In this document: positions 1-8,735 of the stretch, piece by piece | Position numbering within the stretch: the first letter of the stretch is position 1 | Layout: the number at the start of each line of letters is the position of its first letter | Virus record (IMG/VR): IMGVR_UViG_3300006168_000009 | Location: 1,583-65,582 of that record | Origin: a virus | Lineage: Duplodnaviria > Caudoviricetes | Direction: 5' to 3' (one strand) | DNA: 64,000 bases | The notes under the pieces: model-generated | What the model was told of the DNA's origin: nothing | Seen by the model: only the letters and a program-made list of their open reading frames with translations | The model's database searches: none | Translations under genes and position numbers: made by a program

Positions 1-160
1 TCATACCATCAGGTTTTATATGAGCGCTATCTTGATGCACCACTGATAAACGCTCTCCAGTGGTGCGAACGTCTTTCCTTTGATGATATCGAGGAAGATG
101 GGAGAGAAAAGCTCGATAAGTTTTTGAATAGCTTCAAAATTGTGTAGAGGAGGTGTACTC

Positions 161-535
161 ATGAAGTGTATCGTTTGTGACCGCTGTAAGCAAATCATTG
201 AGAATCCCCGGAATTGCCGGGTGATTACCTGTGCTAAGCCGCTGAAACCGCCCATTGTTCCTGCGGAACATTGTAAGACACAGTATCGCGGCAACGACCG
301 CCAGCAGAACGACATTCTTTGGGAGAAGGAGGTCTGCTTGGACTGCCTGGATGCCCTGGAGGAGTTCTTCGAGGCTGGAGCTGGGACGGTTACCCCGCCT
401 GAGCCTGAGCAGCCTGATACTCCGGGCGACGGTGATGAACGGCCTGAGCAGCCCACTGACCCGGATGAGGGTGGCGATGGCGGCGAGACCGGCGGTGAAA
501 CTGGCGGCGATGGCGAGAGCACACAGTGGCTGTAA
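161..535 (+). CDS. Hypothetical protein: N-terminal Cys-rich (Zn-binding?) domain with acidic Pro/Gly-rich tail
   Basis: SD GGAGG before ATG 161; CxxCxxC and CxxC motifs; low-complexity PEPEQPD/GGETGG tail. Confidence 0.6.
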   Translation: MKCIVCDRCKQIIENPRNCRVITCAKPLKPPIVPAEHCKTQYRGNDRQQNDILWEKEVCLDCLDALEEFFEAGAGTVTPPEPEQPDTPGDGDERPEQPTDPDEGGDGGETGGETGGDGESTQWL

Positions 536-605
536 CCCTTGCGCCACAATACCATAATTGGGTATAAAACACGAATTTGGTAACCACATAGGAGGTGTGT
601 AAGGC

Positions 606-809
606 TTGCCAGAACAGAAAGTATGCAGTCGTTGCGGGCGTGAGCTCGATTTCTTCGACCTGCAACAGGATTTCTCCATACATAAAAAAATCGGATATGG
701 GAGCATCTATGACGGTTGTACCGTGAACTACCAGCTCTGCTGTGAGTGCTTCGATAAAGCGGCGGAGGAGTGTGCTGTGTTCCCTATCTCGGAGGAGGAG
801 CATGAGTGA
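606..809 (+). CDS. Small Zn-finger-like hypothetical protein
   Basis: SD GGAGGTG before TTG; CxxC...CCECF motifs; overlaps next ORF. Confidence 0.6.
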   Translation: MPEQKVCSRCGRELDFFDLQQDFSIHKKIGYGSIYDGCTVNYQLCCECFDKAAEECAVFPISEEEHE

Positions 810-1144
810 ACGCCAGTGATATGGTTCGGCTCTTAACATGGCATGATACTGGGGCCAATCGAAACGGCAGAATGTTTTTGCCAAGCGAGGCAGAGCAGTT
901 CCTTCCATACCATCGCTATGAAACGGAGCGGTTCACGAGGTATGACCGCTACAAAGAGCGTGAGGTAACTCGTCCAACATTTATGGAGGCACATTATAAC
1001 GAGCTGATGAGGTTTGCCAGAATTGCCTCATGGTCTGGTGAGGCTCGCCAAGTTGTGAGTACCCCTCCTGTGGAGGATACCGAATTGACAGCAGAGGACA
1101 CAAAGGAGCTCGACGAGTTCCTCAGCAGTTTCTCAAGAACGTAA
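806..1144 (+). CDS. Hypothetical phage protein
   Basis: ORF coupled to upstream gene, followed by a terminator-like hairpin. Confidence 0.55.
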   Translation: MNASDMVRLLTWHDTGANRNGRMFLPSEAEQFLPYHRYETERFTRYDRYKEREVTRPTFMEAHYNELMRFARIASWSGEARQVVSTPPVEDTELTAEDTKELDEFLSSFSRT

Positions 1145-1167
1145 GAATCAACCAACATACCACGGGG

Positions 1168-1202
1168 AAAGAGCCTTGGAGCATAAGTTCCGGGCTCTTT
1201 TC
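1168..1202 (+). terminator. Rho-independent terminator-like hairpin
   Basis: AAAGAGCC...GGCTCTTT inverted repeat followed by T run. Confidence 0.55.
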
Positions 1203-1227
1203 TCATGGACAGTAGAGAGGTAGAACA

Positions 1228-1947
1228 ATGCAAAAAGTTTTCACTATCTTCTTGCTGGCAGCTATGATGTGCGTTTCGGTCTGCGGGTGCAGTAACGCAC
1301 CTGCCACACAAGACCCTGAGCCCGCTGTCATCGAGAGAGCAGATGAAGATGCGGGCGCCGTTGCGACTGCATTAGTGTACGACGGCGATACGGATGCGTT
1401 GGAGACCGCTATTCCAACAGAAGATACCAAAGAGTGGGACACGGACTATCTGACCATCATGCGAGAGTGTTGTCTGAGCGGCGACGTGGCCGCAGGACGT
1501 GATGCCGAGTCCAACAGAAATGCAAAAATTGCCGCACTCAACTTAGATGTACCGGAAATCAGCTTCGATGAACTGTTCGAGCTGTCCAAGACCATCACCA
1601 ATGAGGCCGGTTCAAGTTGGATTCCAATGGACTGGAAGATGATGGTCGGTGAAGTCGTTCTTAACCGTGTAGCATCCGTAGAGTTTCCCAATACGGTTAT
1701 TGAGGTCATTCACCAGAAGGGTCAATACTCCGGCGCAAACTCCAGTCATTTTGACAGCATGGTTCCGTTTGAGGACTGTGTAGATGCGGCAATCAGGTTG
1801 CTCAGTGGTGAGCGGCTTATCAATGATGTCTCTGTTGTGTTCCAGTCTGAGCACCGCCAAGGTAGCGGTACATATCTCGAACTGTATGACAGTTACTACG
1901 GATATACATACCTATGTTACAGCAACCACCCGGAGCTGTACGAATGA
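1228..1947 (+). CDS. SleB/CwlJ-like cell wall hydrolase (Hydrolase_2) with lipoprotein-type signal
   Basis: Hydrophobic N-terminus with VCGC lipobox-like motif; ITNEAG...VGEVVLNRV..VEFPNTVIEVIHQKGQYS matches the SleB catalytic domain pattern. Confidence 0.8.
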   Translation: MQKVFTIFLLAAMMCVSVCGCSNAPATQDPEPAVIERADEDAGAVATALVYDGDTDALETAIPTEDTKEWDTDYLTIMRECCLSGDVAAGRDAESNRNAKIAALNLDVPEISFDELFELSKTITNEAGSSWIPMDWKMMVGEVVLNRVASVEFPNTVIEVIHQKGQYSGANSSHFDSMVPFEDCVDAAIRLLSGERLINDVSVVFQSEHRQGSGTYLELYDSYYGYTYLCYSNHPELYE

Positions 1948-1957
1948 AAGGACATCT

Positions 1958-2650
1958 ATGGGAAAGGTAATCATTCAAAGCGAATACACCACGAGAAACC
2001 CCATTACAATGATTGGCACAGAGGCCGGTATCTGCTGGGGCGCAGACACATCTGATACCCAGAAGAACTACAAGCGCGGACTTGACTGCCTGGAGAGCGA
2101 GCATGGCCGAACGTTTGAGTTCCCAGACATCTATATGATTCTGGACGGCTATTCGGCCAGGGTTATTCGGGAGTGGTACACCCACATTGGCGGCGCTCCC
2201 ACAAGGCTTCAGGCCAGCACCCGATATATCGACTACGAGCATGGGTTTTCCTATGTGACACCGAATACTCCTGCGTTTAGCGGTAGAGCACTTGCCGTCT
2301 ACGACAGGGTTATGCACAGTATTATGGAGGGCCTGCGTGAGCTTGACGAGCTCGGCGTACCAAGAGAGGACTCTGCCCTCTGTCTGCCGCTCGGTATGAC
2401 CACAAAGATTGTGGACAAGCGTAATCTCCGTAACCTGATGGATATGTCTCATCAGCGGATGTGTACCCGTGCCTATCACGAGTATCGGCAACTGTTCGCC
2501 GATATCAGGGCAGCACTCAATGGGTATTCCCCTGAGTGGAATTATATAGTTGACCACTACCTCATGCCAAAGTGCCAGTACATGGGCTTTTGTAAAGAGC
2601 GGCACACCTGTGGCATGATGCCCAGAAAGCAGGTGGTCACAGGTGGATAA
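1958..2650 (+). CDS. thyX: FAD-dependent thymidylate synthase
   Basis: G+ESEHGRTFEF, REWYTH...QASTRY, LPLG, NLRNL and QR.C.RA..EYR ThyX motifs; start MGKVII after SD. Confidence 0.8.
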   Translation: MGKVIIQSEYTTRNPITMIGTEAGICWGADTSDTQKNYKRGLDCLESEHGRTFEFPDIYMILDGYSARVIREWYTHIGGAPTRLQASTRYIDYEHGFSYVTPNTPAFSGRALAVYDRVMHSIMEGLRELDELGVPREDSALCLPLGMTTKIVDKRNLRNLMDMSHQRMCTRAYHEYRQLFADIRAALNGYSPEWNYIVDHYLMPKCQYMGFCKERHTCGMMPRKQVVTGG

Positions 2651-2747
2651 CTTCTGGCCGCTCGTTCCCATTGCTTTGGTAATTATTATGCTCATACTTG
2701 GTGGCGGCGGCGGCCCGAAGCCTCAGCCCGAGTATGTTTATGCGTAG
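2643..2747 (+). CDS. 34-aa single-TM peptide (not in ORF track)
   Basis: GTG start overlapping the thyX end; MDNFWPLVPIALVIIMLILGGGGGPKPQPEYVYA; fills the gap to the next gene. Confidence 0.45.
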   Translation: MDNFWPLVPIALVIIMLILGGGGGPKPQPEYVYA

Positions 2748-2758
2748 GCAGTAAGCGT

Positions 2759-3208
2759 ATGGAGAGCAAAATTAAGAATCCTGCCAGAATGAAGCAGCTC
2801 ATTGACTTCAAGGGTCTTGGTCTTGACGGCGGGATATACCCCACAGATATCGATGGCCTGATTGAGTACCACGATAAGGAATACATACTGATTGAGGTCA
2901 AGCATGGCAACGCAAAACTTCCGGTTGGACAGCGTGTCGCCATGCAGAGGATGGTGGAGGACTTCACAAAAGTCGGTAAGCGAGCGGTTGCAATCGTCTG
3001 TGAACATCACATTGATGATGTGGACAAGCCTGTAGTTGCCGCTTACTGCCGTGTGAGGGAGTTCTACTACGGCGGTGAGCACAAGTGGCGCCCGCCTGAC
3101 AAGCGTATGACCGTCCAAGAAATGGTCAACAGCTTCGTAAGATATTCAAAGTCAAAGGAGGCCAAGAATGCAGGTAATCGCAATCTCAGGAAAAGCACAG
3201 CACGGTAA
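2759..3208 (+). CDS. PD-(D/E)XK nuclease-fold protein
   Basis: PTDIDG...ILIEVK motif. Confidence 0.55.
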   Translation: MESKIKNPARMKQLIDFKGLGLDGGIYPTDIDGLIEYHDKEYILIEVKHGNAKLPVGQRVAMQRMVEDFTKVGKRAVAIVCEHHIDDVDKPVVAAYCRVREFYYGGEHKWRPPDKRMTVQEMVNSFVRYSKSKEAKNAGNRNLRKSTAR

Positions 3209-3758
3209 GGACACAACGGCGGCGATTCTCAAAGACCAGCTCGAATCTGATGGCTACAAAGTTCTGGTCACTCACTATGCAGACCTTCTCAAGTATATGT
3301 GTCGCACCTATTTTGGGTGGAATGGTGAGAAGGACGATGCTGGGCGGCACATCTTGCAGTATGTCGGCACAGACATCATCAGGCAGAAGCGCCCAGACTT
3401 CTGGGTAGGCTTTGTTACCGATGTGCTCGGCCTGTTCCCTGATGAGTGGGACTTCGTTCTGATTCCAGACTGCCGTTTCCCCAATGAAATCGACTGTCTG
3501 AAAAAGGCGGGGCTCGCTATGATTCATATGCGGGTCATCAGGGAGAACTTTGAAAGCCCGCTCACGCCGGAGCAGCAGGCGCATCCATCTGAAACGGCAT
3601 TGGATGGCTGTACCCCGGACTACTACATAACCAACAACGGAACCATCGAAGACCTGTCTAAAGCCATCTCAAACTGGCTGACAGAGTTCAACGGACACCA
3701 TCAGATGACCTTTGACGAATACTGCGGGTCGAACCTGGTTCTGGATAAAAAGGAGTAA
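3168..3758 (+). CDS. Deoxynucleoside monophosphate kinase (T4 gp1-like)
   Basis: ISGKAQHGKDT P-loop, R.ILQYVGTDIIR, IPDCRFPNE, HPSE motifs. Confidence 0.85.
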   Translation: MQVIAISGKAQHGKDTTAAILKDQLESDGYKVLVTHYADLLKYMCRTYFGWNGEKDDAGRHILQYVGTDIIRQKRPDFWVGFVTDVLGLFPDEWDFVLIPDCRFPNEIDCLKKAGLAMIHMRVIRENFESPLTPEQQAHPSETALDGCTPDYYITNNGTIEDLSKAISNWLTEFNGHHQMTFDEYCGSNLVLDKKE

Positions 3759-3761
3759 GCA

Positions 3762-4556
3762 ATGAAACGTCTGACGGTGTTAGTTGATATGGACGACACA
3801 ATCGAAGATTTGTTGGGCGCATGGGTAGATACGCTGAACGAGCAGTATCACACCGCCGTTGACCCGAACGATGTCAGCGATTGGGATGTCGCAAAATTCT
3901 TCCCAACCCTGACCAAACCGCAGGTCTTTGCCCCAATCTACAATGATGATTTCTGGAGAACTGTCAAGCCTATCGATGGCGCCGCAGACGCTCTTCAGCA
4001 GTTGATTGCAGATGGGCATCGTATCTATATCGTGACAAGTTCCTTCTATGAAACCCTTGCGGTCAAGATGACCGATGTGTTATTTCGATATTTCCCCTTT
4101 CTCAAGTGGGAAGATGTCATCATCACCAGCCACAAGCAGTTGATTCACGGAGACGTGCTGGTAGATGATGGCGTACATAACCTTGAGGGCGGAGATTACT
4201 TAAAAATTCTGATGGATGCACCCCATAACCGTGGCTACGATGCTGAACGGGGTGGTATGCACAGGGTAACAAGCTGGGACGATGCGTATGACATCATCAC
4301 GCAGTACGCTTTCCAGTCTGAACACGATGGAGAGGAGGTAGAACATGACCGTATGACTGTAATCCTATACTCAACGGGCTGTCCAAGGTGCAAGGTTCTC
4401 AGGCAGAAGCTGGATAACAGTGGTGTCCAGTACACAGTGAACGATTCTGTGGATGATATGCTTGCTCTTGGCATTGCACAGGTGCCCGTCCTCTCGATTG
4501 ATGGGGAATTACTCCCCTTTGCCAAGGCAATCGAGTGGGTCAACCAAATCCATTGA
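3762..4556 (+). CDS. 5'(3')-deoxyribonucleotidase (HAD) fused in frame to an NrdH/glutaredoxin-like domain (4353-4556)
   Basis: VDMDDT and LVDDG HAD motifs; C-terminal YSTGCPRC and QVP thioredoxin-fold motifs. Confidence 0.85.
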   Translation: MKRLTVLVDMDDTIEDLLGAWVDTLNEQYHTAVDPNDVSDWDVAKFFPTLTKPQVFAPIYNDDFWRTVKPIDGAADALQQLIADGHRIYIVTSSFYETLAVKMTDVLFRYFPFLKWEDVIITSHKQLIHGDVLVDDGVHNLEGGDYLKILMDAPHNRGYDAERGGMHRVTSWDDAYDIITQYAFQSEHDGEEVEHDRMTVILYSTGCPRCKVLRQKLDNSGVQYTVNDSVDDMLALGIAQVPVLSIDGELLPFAKAIEWVNQIH

Positions 4557-4570
4557 AGGAGGCATGAGAA

Positions 4571-6535
4571 TTGAACATTCCAATCAAAATGAACAAGGAC
4601 TTTGAGAAGGCAATGGCCGCTCTGAGTGAGCGGTATGGCGAAGATTTTGAGTTTTTGAACGGGTTTCACGAGTCGCAGCTCAATTTTTCCGACTTTATCG
4701 ATGGGTTCATCGATAGAAACGTCTCTGACGTGACTATCGATGCGAACGCAAATGCCTCCAACAAGGACATTCGCAGCCTTTTGAACGAAAAGGGCAAGTC
4801 GCACGACAAACTCTTTGCGTTCAACAAGATTTTCTACGAAATCAAAAAGCGGTACAACCTCAAAACGGCACGGGAGTGGCTGGAAACCGAGTACAACGGC
4901 GGTTTTTATCTCCATGATGCCCCAACATCGACCTACCTCCCCTACTGTTATGCCTACGACCTGACGAGGCTGGCGACAGAGGGGCTTTTCTTCCTGAAAA
5001 ACTACAACAATCAGCCGCCGAAGCACCTGACAACGTTCATGGACGATGTTATTGAGTACATCAGTTACATGAGCAACCGCAGTTCTGGTGCTGTTGGCAT
5101 CCCCAACGTGCTTATTTGGACGTACTACTTCTGGAAGAAGGACTGTGAGAGCGGGCACATCATCAAAGACCCCGACTACTACATCCGCCAGTGCTTCCAG
5201 AAGTTCATCTATCGGCTGAACCAGCCATTCATGCGCATCGACCAGACGGCTTTTGTCAATGTTTCCATCTTTGACCGCAACTATATCGAATCTCTGTTCG
5301 GCGGTGTCCAGTACCCGGATGGGTCATTCGTCATTGACAATGTGGAGGAGCTGATTGAGCATCAGAAAACCTTCATGGAGGTCGTGTCTCAGATTCGCAG
5401 CGAGAATATGTTTACATTCCCAGTCCTTACATACAGCTTGCTCAAACGCACTGCTATCACAACCGAGGAAGCGCTGGAGATGCTTCGCTCGAAGAACTAC
5501 GATGTGTTCGTTGACAAGGAGTTTGCCCGTTGGTGCAGCGACCACAACTGCACCTGGAACGACAGCAACTTCTTTATGAGCGATGACGTGGGCACACTCA
5601 GCAACTGTTGTCGCCTGCTCTCAGACACGAAGAAGCTGAATGCTTTCATCAACTCCATTGGTGGTACGGCGCTGTCTATCGGCTCTGTCAAGGTCAACAC
5701 CATCAACCTGATGCGGATTGCCCTTGAAACTGACTGCGATGAAAAGAAGTACCTGGCTCTGTTGAGAAAGCGTGCCCTGCTCTGCTGTAAGGCTCTGGAC
5801 ACGGTGCGCCACATTATCCAACGCAATGTAGAGAAGGGTTTGCTCCCCAACTACCAAGAGGGCGCAGTCGAGATGGACAAGCAGTATTGCACCATGGGCA
5901 TCCTCGGCCTGTATGAGGTCATCGAAGCCTTTGGCTACACACAGACGGACGAGTTCGGTTACATCAGCTACACCGACGAGGGCGTCGAGTTTGCTTCCAA
6001 GATTTTTGAGGTGCTCAACTCAGTGAAGGACAACTTCACCAACGAGTATTCCTTCAACATTGAGAGCGTCCCCGCTGAGAGGGCGGCGGTCATCCTCTGT
6101 CAGAAGGACAATGTCCTGTATGATATGAGGGACAAGGAGCTGTACTCCAACCAGTGGATTCCTCTGTCTGCCAAATGCACCATTCAAGAGAAGCTCCGGC
6201 TTTGCTCTATTCTGGATGAGAAGTGCTCTGGCGGCAGTATTGCCCACATCAACCTGGAGTCGAACTTCCCCAACACAGATGCGGCATGGGATATGCTCAA
6301 CAAGATTGCGCTATCCGGCGTTATCTACTTTGCGTTCAACACTCGCATCAACGAGTGTGAGAACCACCACGGCTTTGTCGGAACAGACCACTGCCCCATC
6401 TGTGGCAAGCCGGTGTATGACACCTATCAGCGCATCGTTGGGTATCTCGTTCCGTCCAGAGCGTATTCCAAGGAGCGGTTCCGGGAGTTCAACACCCGGC
6501 AATGGTACAGCTATGCGGAGGCTATGTCAGAATGA
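4571..6535 (+). CDS. nrdD: Class III (anaerobic) ribonucleotide reductase, no ATP cone
   Basis: Finger-loop SNCCRL, C-terminal Zn site CENH...CPICG, glycyl-radical loop YQRIVGYL. Confidence 0.92.
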   Translation: MNIPIKMNKDFEKAMAALSERYGEDFEFLNGFHESQLNFSDFIDGFIDRNVSDVTIDANANASNKDIRSLLNEKGKSHDKLFAFNKIFYEIKKRYNLKTAREWLETEYNGGFYLHDAPTSTYLPYCYAYDLTRLATEGLFFLKNYNNQPPKHLTTFMDDVIEYISYMSNRSSGAVGIPNVLIWTYYFWKKDCESGHIIKDPDYYIRQCFQKFIYRLNQPFMRIDQTAFVNVSIFDRNYIESLFGGVQYPDGSFVIDNVEELIEHQKTFMEVVSQIRSENMFTFPVLTYSLLKRTAITTEEALEMLRSKNYDVFVDKEFARWCSDHNCTWNDSNFFMSDDVGTLSNCCRLLSDTKKLNAFINSIGGTALSIGSVKVNTINLMRIALETDCDEKKYLALLRKRALLCCKALDTVRHIIQRNVEKGLLPNYQEGAVEMDKQYCTMGILGLYEVIEAFGYTQTDEFGYISYTDEGVEFASKIFEVLNSVKDNFTNEYSFNIESVPAERAAVILCQKDNVLYDMRDKELYSNQWIPLSAKCTIQEKLRLCSILDEKCSGGSIAHINLESNFPNTDAAWDMLNKIALSGVIYFAFNTRINECENHHGFVGTDHCPICGKPVYDTYQRIVGYLVPSRAYSKERFREFNTRQWYSYAEAMSE

Positions 6536-7017
6536 GAGTAAAAACCATTGTTGAGGAGGACTTCACCAACTACAAGGTTCCATCCATGTTCATCGGAACT
6601 ATCTCATGTGGCGGGAAATGCTGCTCCGAAGCAGGCATCCCGCTTTCAGTTTGCCAAAATGATGGGTGGCGCTCATGCGCCCCCATCGAGGTAAACGACT
6701 TTGACTTGTGCAGACGTTACATCCACAACAGACTGACGGGGGCCATCGTCATTGGCGGTTTGGAACCGTTCGAGCAGTTTCAAGAGGTAGAGGAGTTCAT
6801 TCATACTCTCCGTCTGGTATACGGCTGTCAGGATGATGTGGTCATCTACACAGGCTACTACCCGCAAGAGATTGGGCAACAGGTAAAGGCACTGGCCTCC
6901 TACAAGAACATCGTCATCAAGTTCGGGCGGTACATCCCCAATCGTAGGGCCATTTTCGATGATGTTCTTGGTGTAACACTTGCGTCCGACAATCAGTTTG
7001 CTGAAAGGATTAGCTGA
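6532..7017 (+). CDS. nrdG: Anaerobic RNR activating enzyme (radical SAM)
   Basis: ATGA overlap with nrdD; CxxxC...CQN cluster motif, IGGLEP, IYTGY. Confidence 0.85.
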   Translation: MRVKTIVEEDFTNYKVPSMFIGTISCGGKCCSEAGIPLSVCQNDGWRSCAPIEVNDFDLCRRYIHNRLTGAIVIGGLEPFEQFQEVEEFIHTLRLVYGCQDDVVIYTGYYPQEIGQQVKALASYKNIVIKFGRYIPNRRAIFDDVLGVTLASDNQFAERIS

Positions 7018-7019
7018 CC

Positions 7020-7202
7020 ATGAAGATTGAACTGAACCCTGACAAAGAATATGTCAAGGAAATCAAAGACCAACTCAAGGCCAACTCTGGCTATTGCCCC
7101 TGCGTCCTCTACAAAAACGCTGATACCAAGTGTATGTGTAAGGAGTTCAGGGAGATGGACGAGGGTATGTGTCACTGTGGGCTTTACATCAAAACGAAGT
7201 GA
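7020..7202 (+). CDS. Minimal ferredoxin-thioredoxin reductase catalytic-subunit-like protein
   Basis: GYCPC...CMC...CHCGLY matches the CPC/CPC/CHC FTR signature. Confidence 0.75.
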   Translation: MKIELNPDKEYVKEIKDQLKANSGYCPCVLYKNADTKCMCKEFREMDEGMCHCGLYIKTK

Positions 7203-7211
7203 GGGAAATAA

Positions 7212-7760
7212 ATGCTCGTTGTAAATCTGTTCGGAGCCCCTGGTGCTGGTAAGTCAACCGGTGCCGCCTACATCTTCTCAAAGCTGAAGATGGCTGGTAT
7301 CAACGCAGAACTCGTGACGGAGTTCGCCAAGGATAAGGTTTGGGAAGAGAGTAAGGCTGTCTTCCAGAATCAAGCATACATATTCGGCAAGCAGTATTTC
7401 CGCATCAGCCGAGTGCAGGGCAAAGTAGATGTGGTCATCACTGACTCACCAATCCTGCTGTCGAGCTTTTATGCAAACGATGATGTGCTGGGCAAGGAGT
7501 TTGACGCACTGATTATGAAGGTGTTCAACTCCTATGATTCCATGAACGTCTTCGTCAACCGGGTGAAACCATACAACCCCTCTGGTCGGTTCCAGACCGA
7601 GAGCGAGAGCGATGAGCTGGCCAATGTGATGCGCAAGTTCCTGGATGAGCATGGCGTTGTCTGTGAGCAGTACGACGGCTGTGTTGCCGGGTATGACGCT
7701 CTCGTAAACGCCATTCTGACAAGGGTAAAATGCCCCGGCAGAAGCTACGGGGCAGTGTAA
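7212..7760 (+). CDS. P-loop nucleotide kinase/ATPase (AAA_28/NadR-like)
   Basis: GAPGAGKST Walker A; EFAKD..WE; ITDSPIL; GRFQ. Confidence 0.7.
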   Translation: MLVVNLFGAPGAGKSTGAAYIFSKLKMAGINAELVTEFAKDKVWEESKAVFQNQAYIFGKQYFRISRVQGKVDVVITDSPILLSSFYANDDVLGKEFDALIMKVFNSYDSMNVFVNRVKPYNPSGRFQTESESDELANVMRKFLDEHGVVCEQYDGCVAGYDALVNAILTRVKCPGRSYGAV

Positions 7761-7772
7761 AAGGAGGATATT

Positions 7773-8015
7773 ATGGACAAGAAAACCAAGACCACAAAGG
7801 TTACATACCACTTTGACGATGTGACAGAGAAAATGATTGGCAAAACCATCGTTGAGACAGAAGACTTGGTTGAGCCTATTGCTGACGGCTATGATGTCGA
7901 GACTGGTGTTGAACTGGACGGCGTTATCGAACTGTCCCCTCTGGAAATCTTCCTGACAGCCGCCGCAGGCGCTCTGGTTGGCAACCTGCTTTACCGTGCA
8001 GCCCATAAGAATTGA
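7773..8015 (+). CDS. Hypothetical protein
   Basis: Strong SD AAGGAGG; ORF in operon. Confidence 0.6.
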   Translation: MDKKTKTTKVTYHFDDVTEKMIGKTIVETEDLVEPIADGYDVETGVELDGVIELSPLEIFLTAAAGALVGNLLYRAAHKN

Positions 8016-8023
8016 GGTGTGCC

Positions 8024-8227
8024 ATGGTTAAGAGAACTATCAAGGAAACCGTTCGTGAATATGACACAGATGGTCGCCTGTTGAAGGAGACAGTCACCGA
8101 AACCTCCGAAGACGATGACACTGTCTATTACCCGTCATATGCACCAAACATCATCCCCGCCGTTTGGGGAACGGAGGTAACTTGCGACACGCAGTACAAA
8201 GGAGGAACAGATGCAGAAGGTCGGTAA
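8024..8227 (+). CDS. Hypothetical protein
   Basis: SD GAGGTG before ATG 8024. Confidence 0.55.
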   Translation: MVKRTIKETVREYDTDGRLLKETVTETSEDDDTVYYPSYAPNIIPAVWGTEVTCDTQYKGGTDAEGR

Positions 8228-8720
8228 CTTTGAAAAGGTGAGCTTTGAGCAGTTTACCACAGCTATGAAAGAGGAATTTGGTATCGGTGAAACCGAGGCC
8301 AGGATGATGTATGACCTGATTGACCTGCCTGTGCGGGCCACGACAGGAAGCGCCGGGTACGACTTCAAGTCACCAGTCAGTATCACTCTGGCACCTGGGG
8401 CATCTGCGAAGATTCCCACCGGTATCCGGGTAAAGATTGACGAGGGCTGGTGGCTGTGCTGTGCACCACGGAGTGGCCTGGGCTGTAAGTACCGTATGCA
8501 GTTGGACAACACCATCGGCGTGGTTGACAGCGACTACTACAACTCCGACAACGAGGGGCACATCTACGCCAAGATTACTAACGACAGCAGGGAGGGCAAA
8601 AACCTCGCTATTGGGGCCGGAGACCGCTTTATGCAGACCATCTTCATTCCCTACGGGATTACATACTCCGATGCTGCCGAGGGTGTCAGGAACGGCGGCT
8701 GGGGCTCCACAGGCTCTTGA
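8211..8720 (+). CDS. dut: Trimeric dUTPase
   Basis: AGYDF, PRSGLG, GVVDSDY..., QTIF, RNGGWGSTG motifs I-V. Confidence 0.92.
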   Translation: MQKVGNFEKVSFEQFTTAMKEEFGIGETEARMMYDLIDLPVRATTGSAGYDFKSPVSITLAPGASAKIPTGIRVKIDEGWWLCCAPRSGLGCKYRMQLDNTIGVVDSDYYNSDNEGHIYAKITNDSREGKNLAIGAGDRFMQTIFIPYGITYSDAAEGVRNGGWGSTGS

Positions 8721-8735
8721 TGGAGGATACATACA

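Noticed and set aside
16-706. - strand ORFs of 179 and 190 aa
   Set aside because: Antisense to SD-led + strand genes; low-complexity mirror
4571-6535. Intein or intron in nrdD (also checked terL and the RNAP)
   Set aside because: Lengths are normal and no splice or homing motifs were seen
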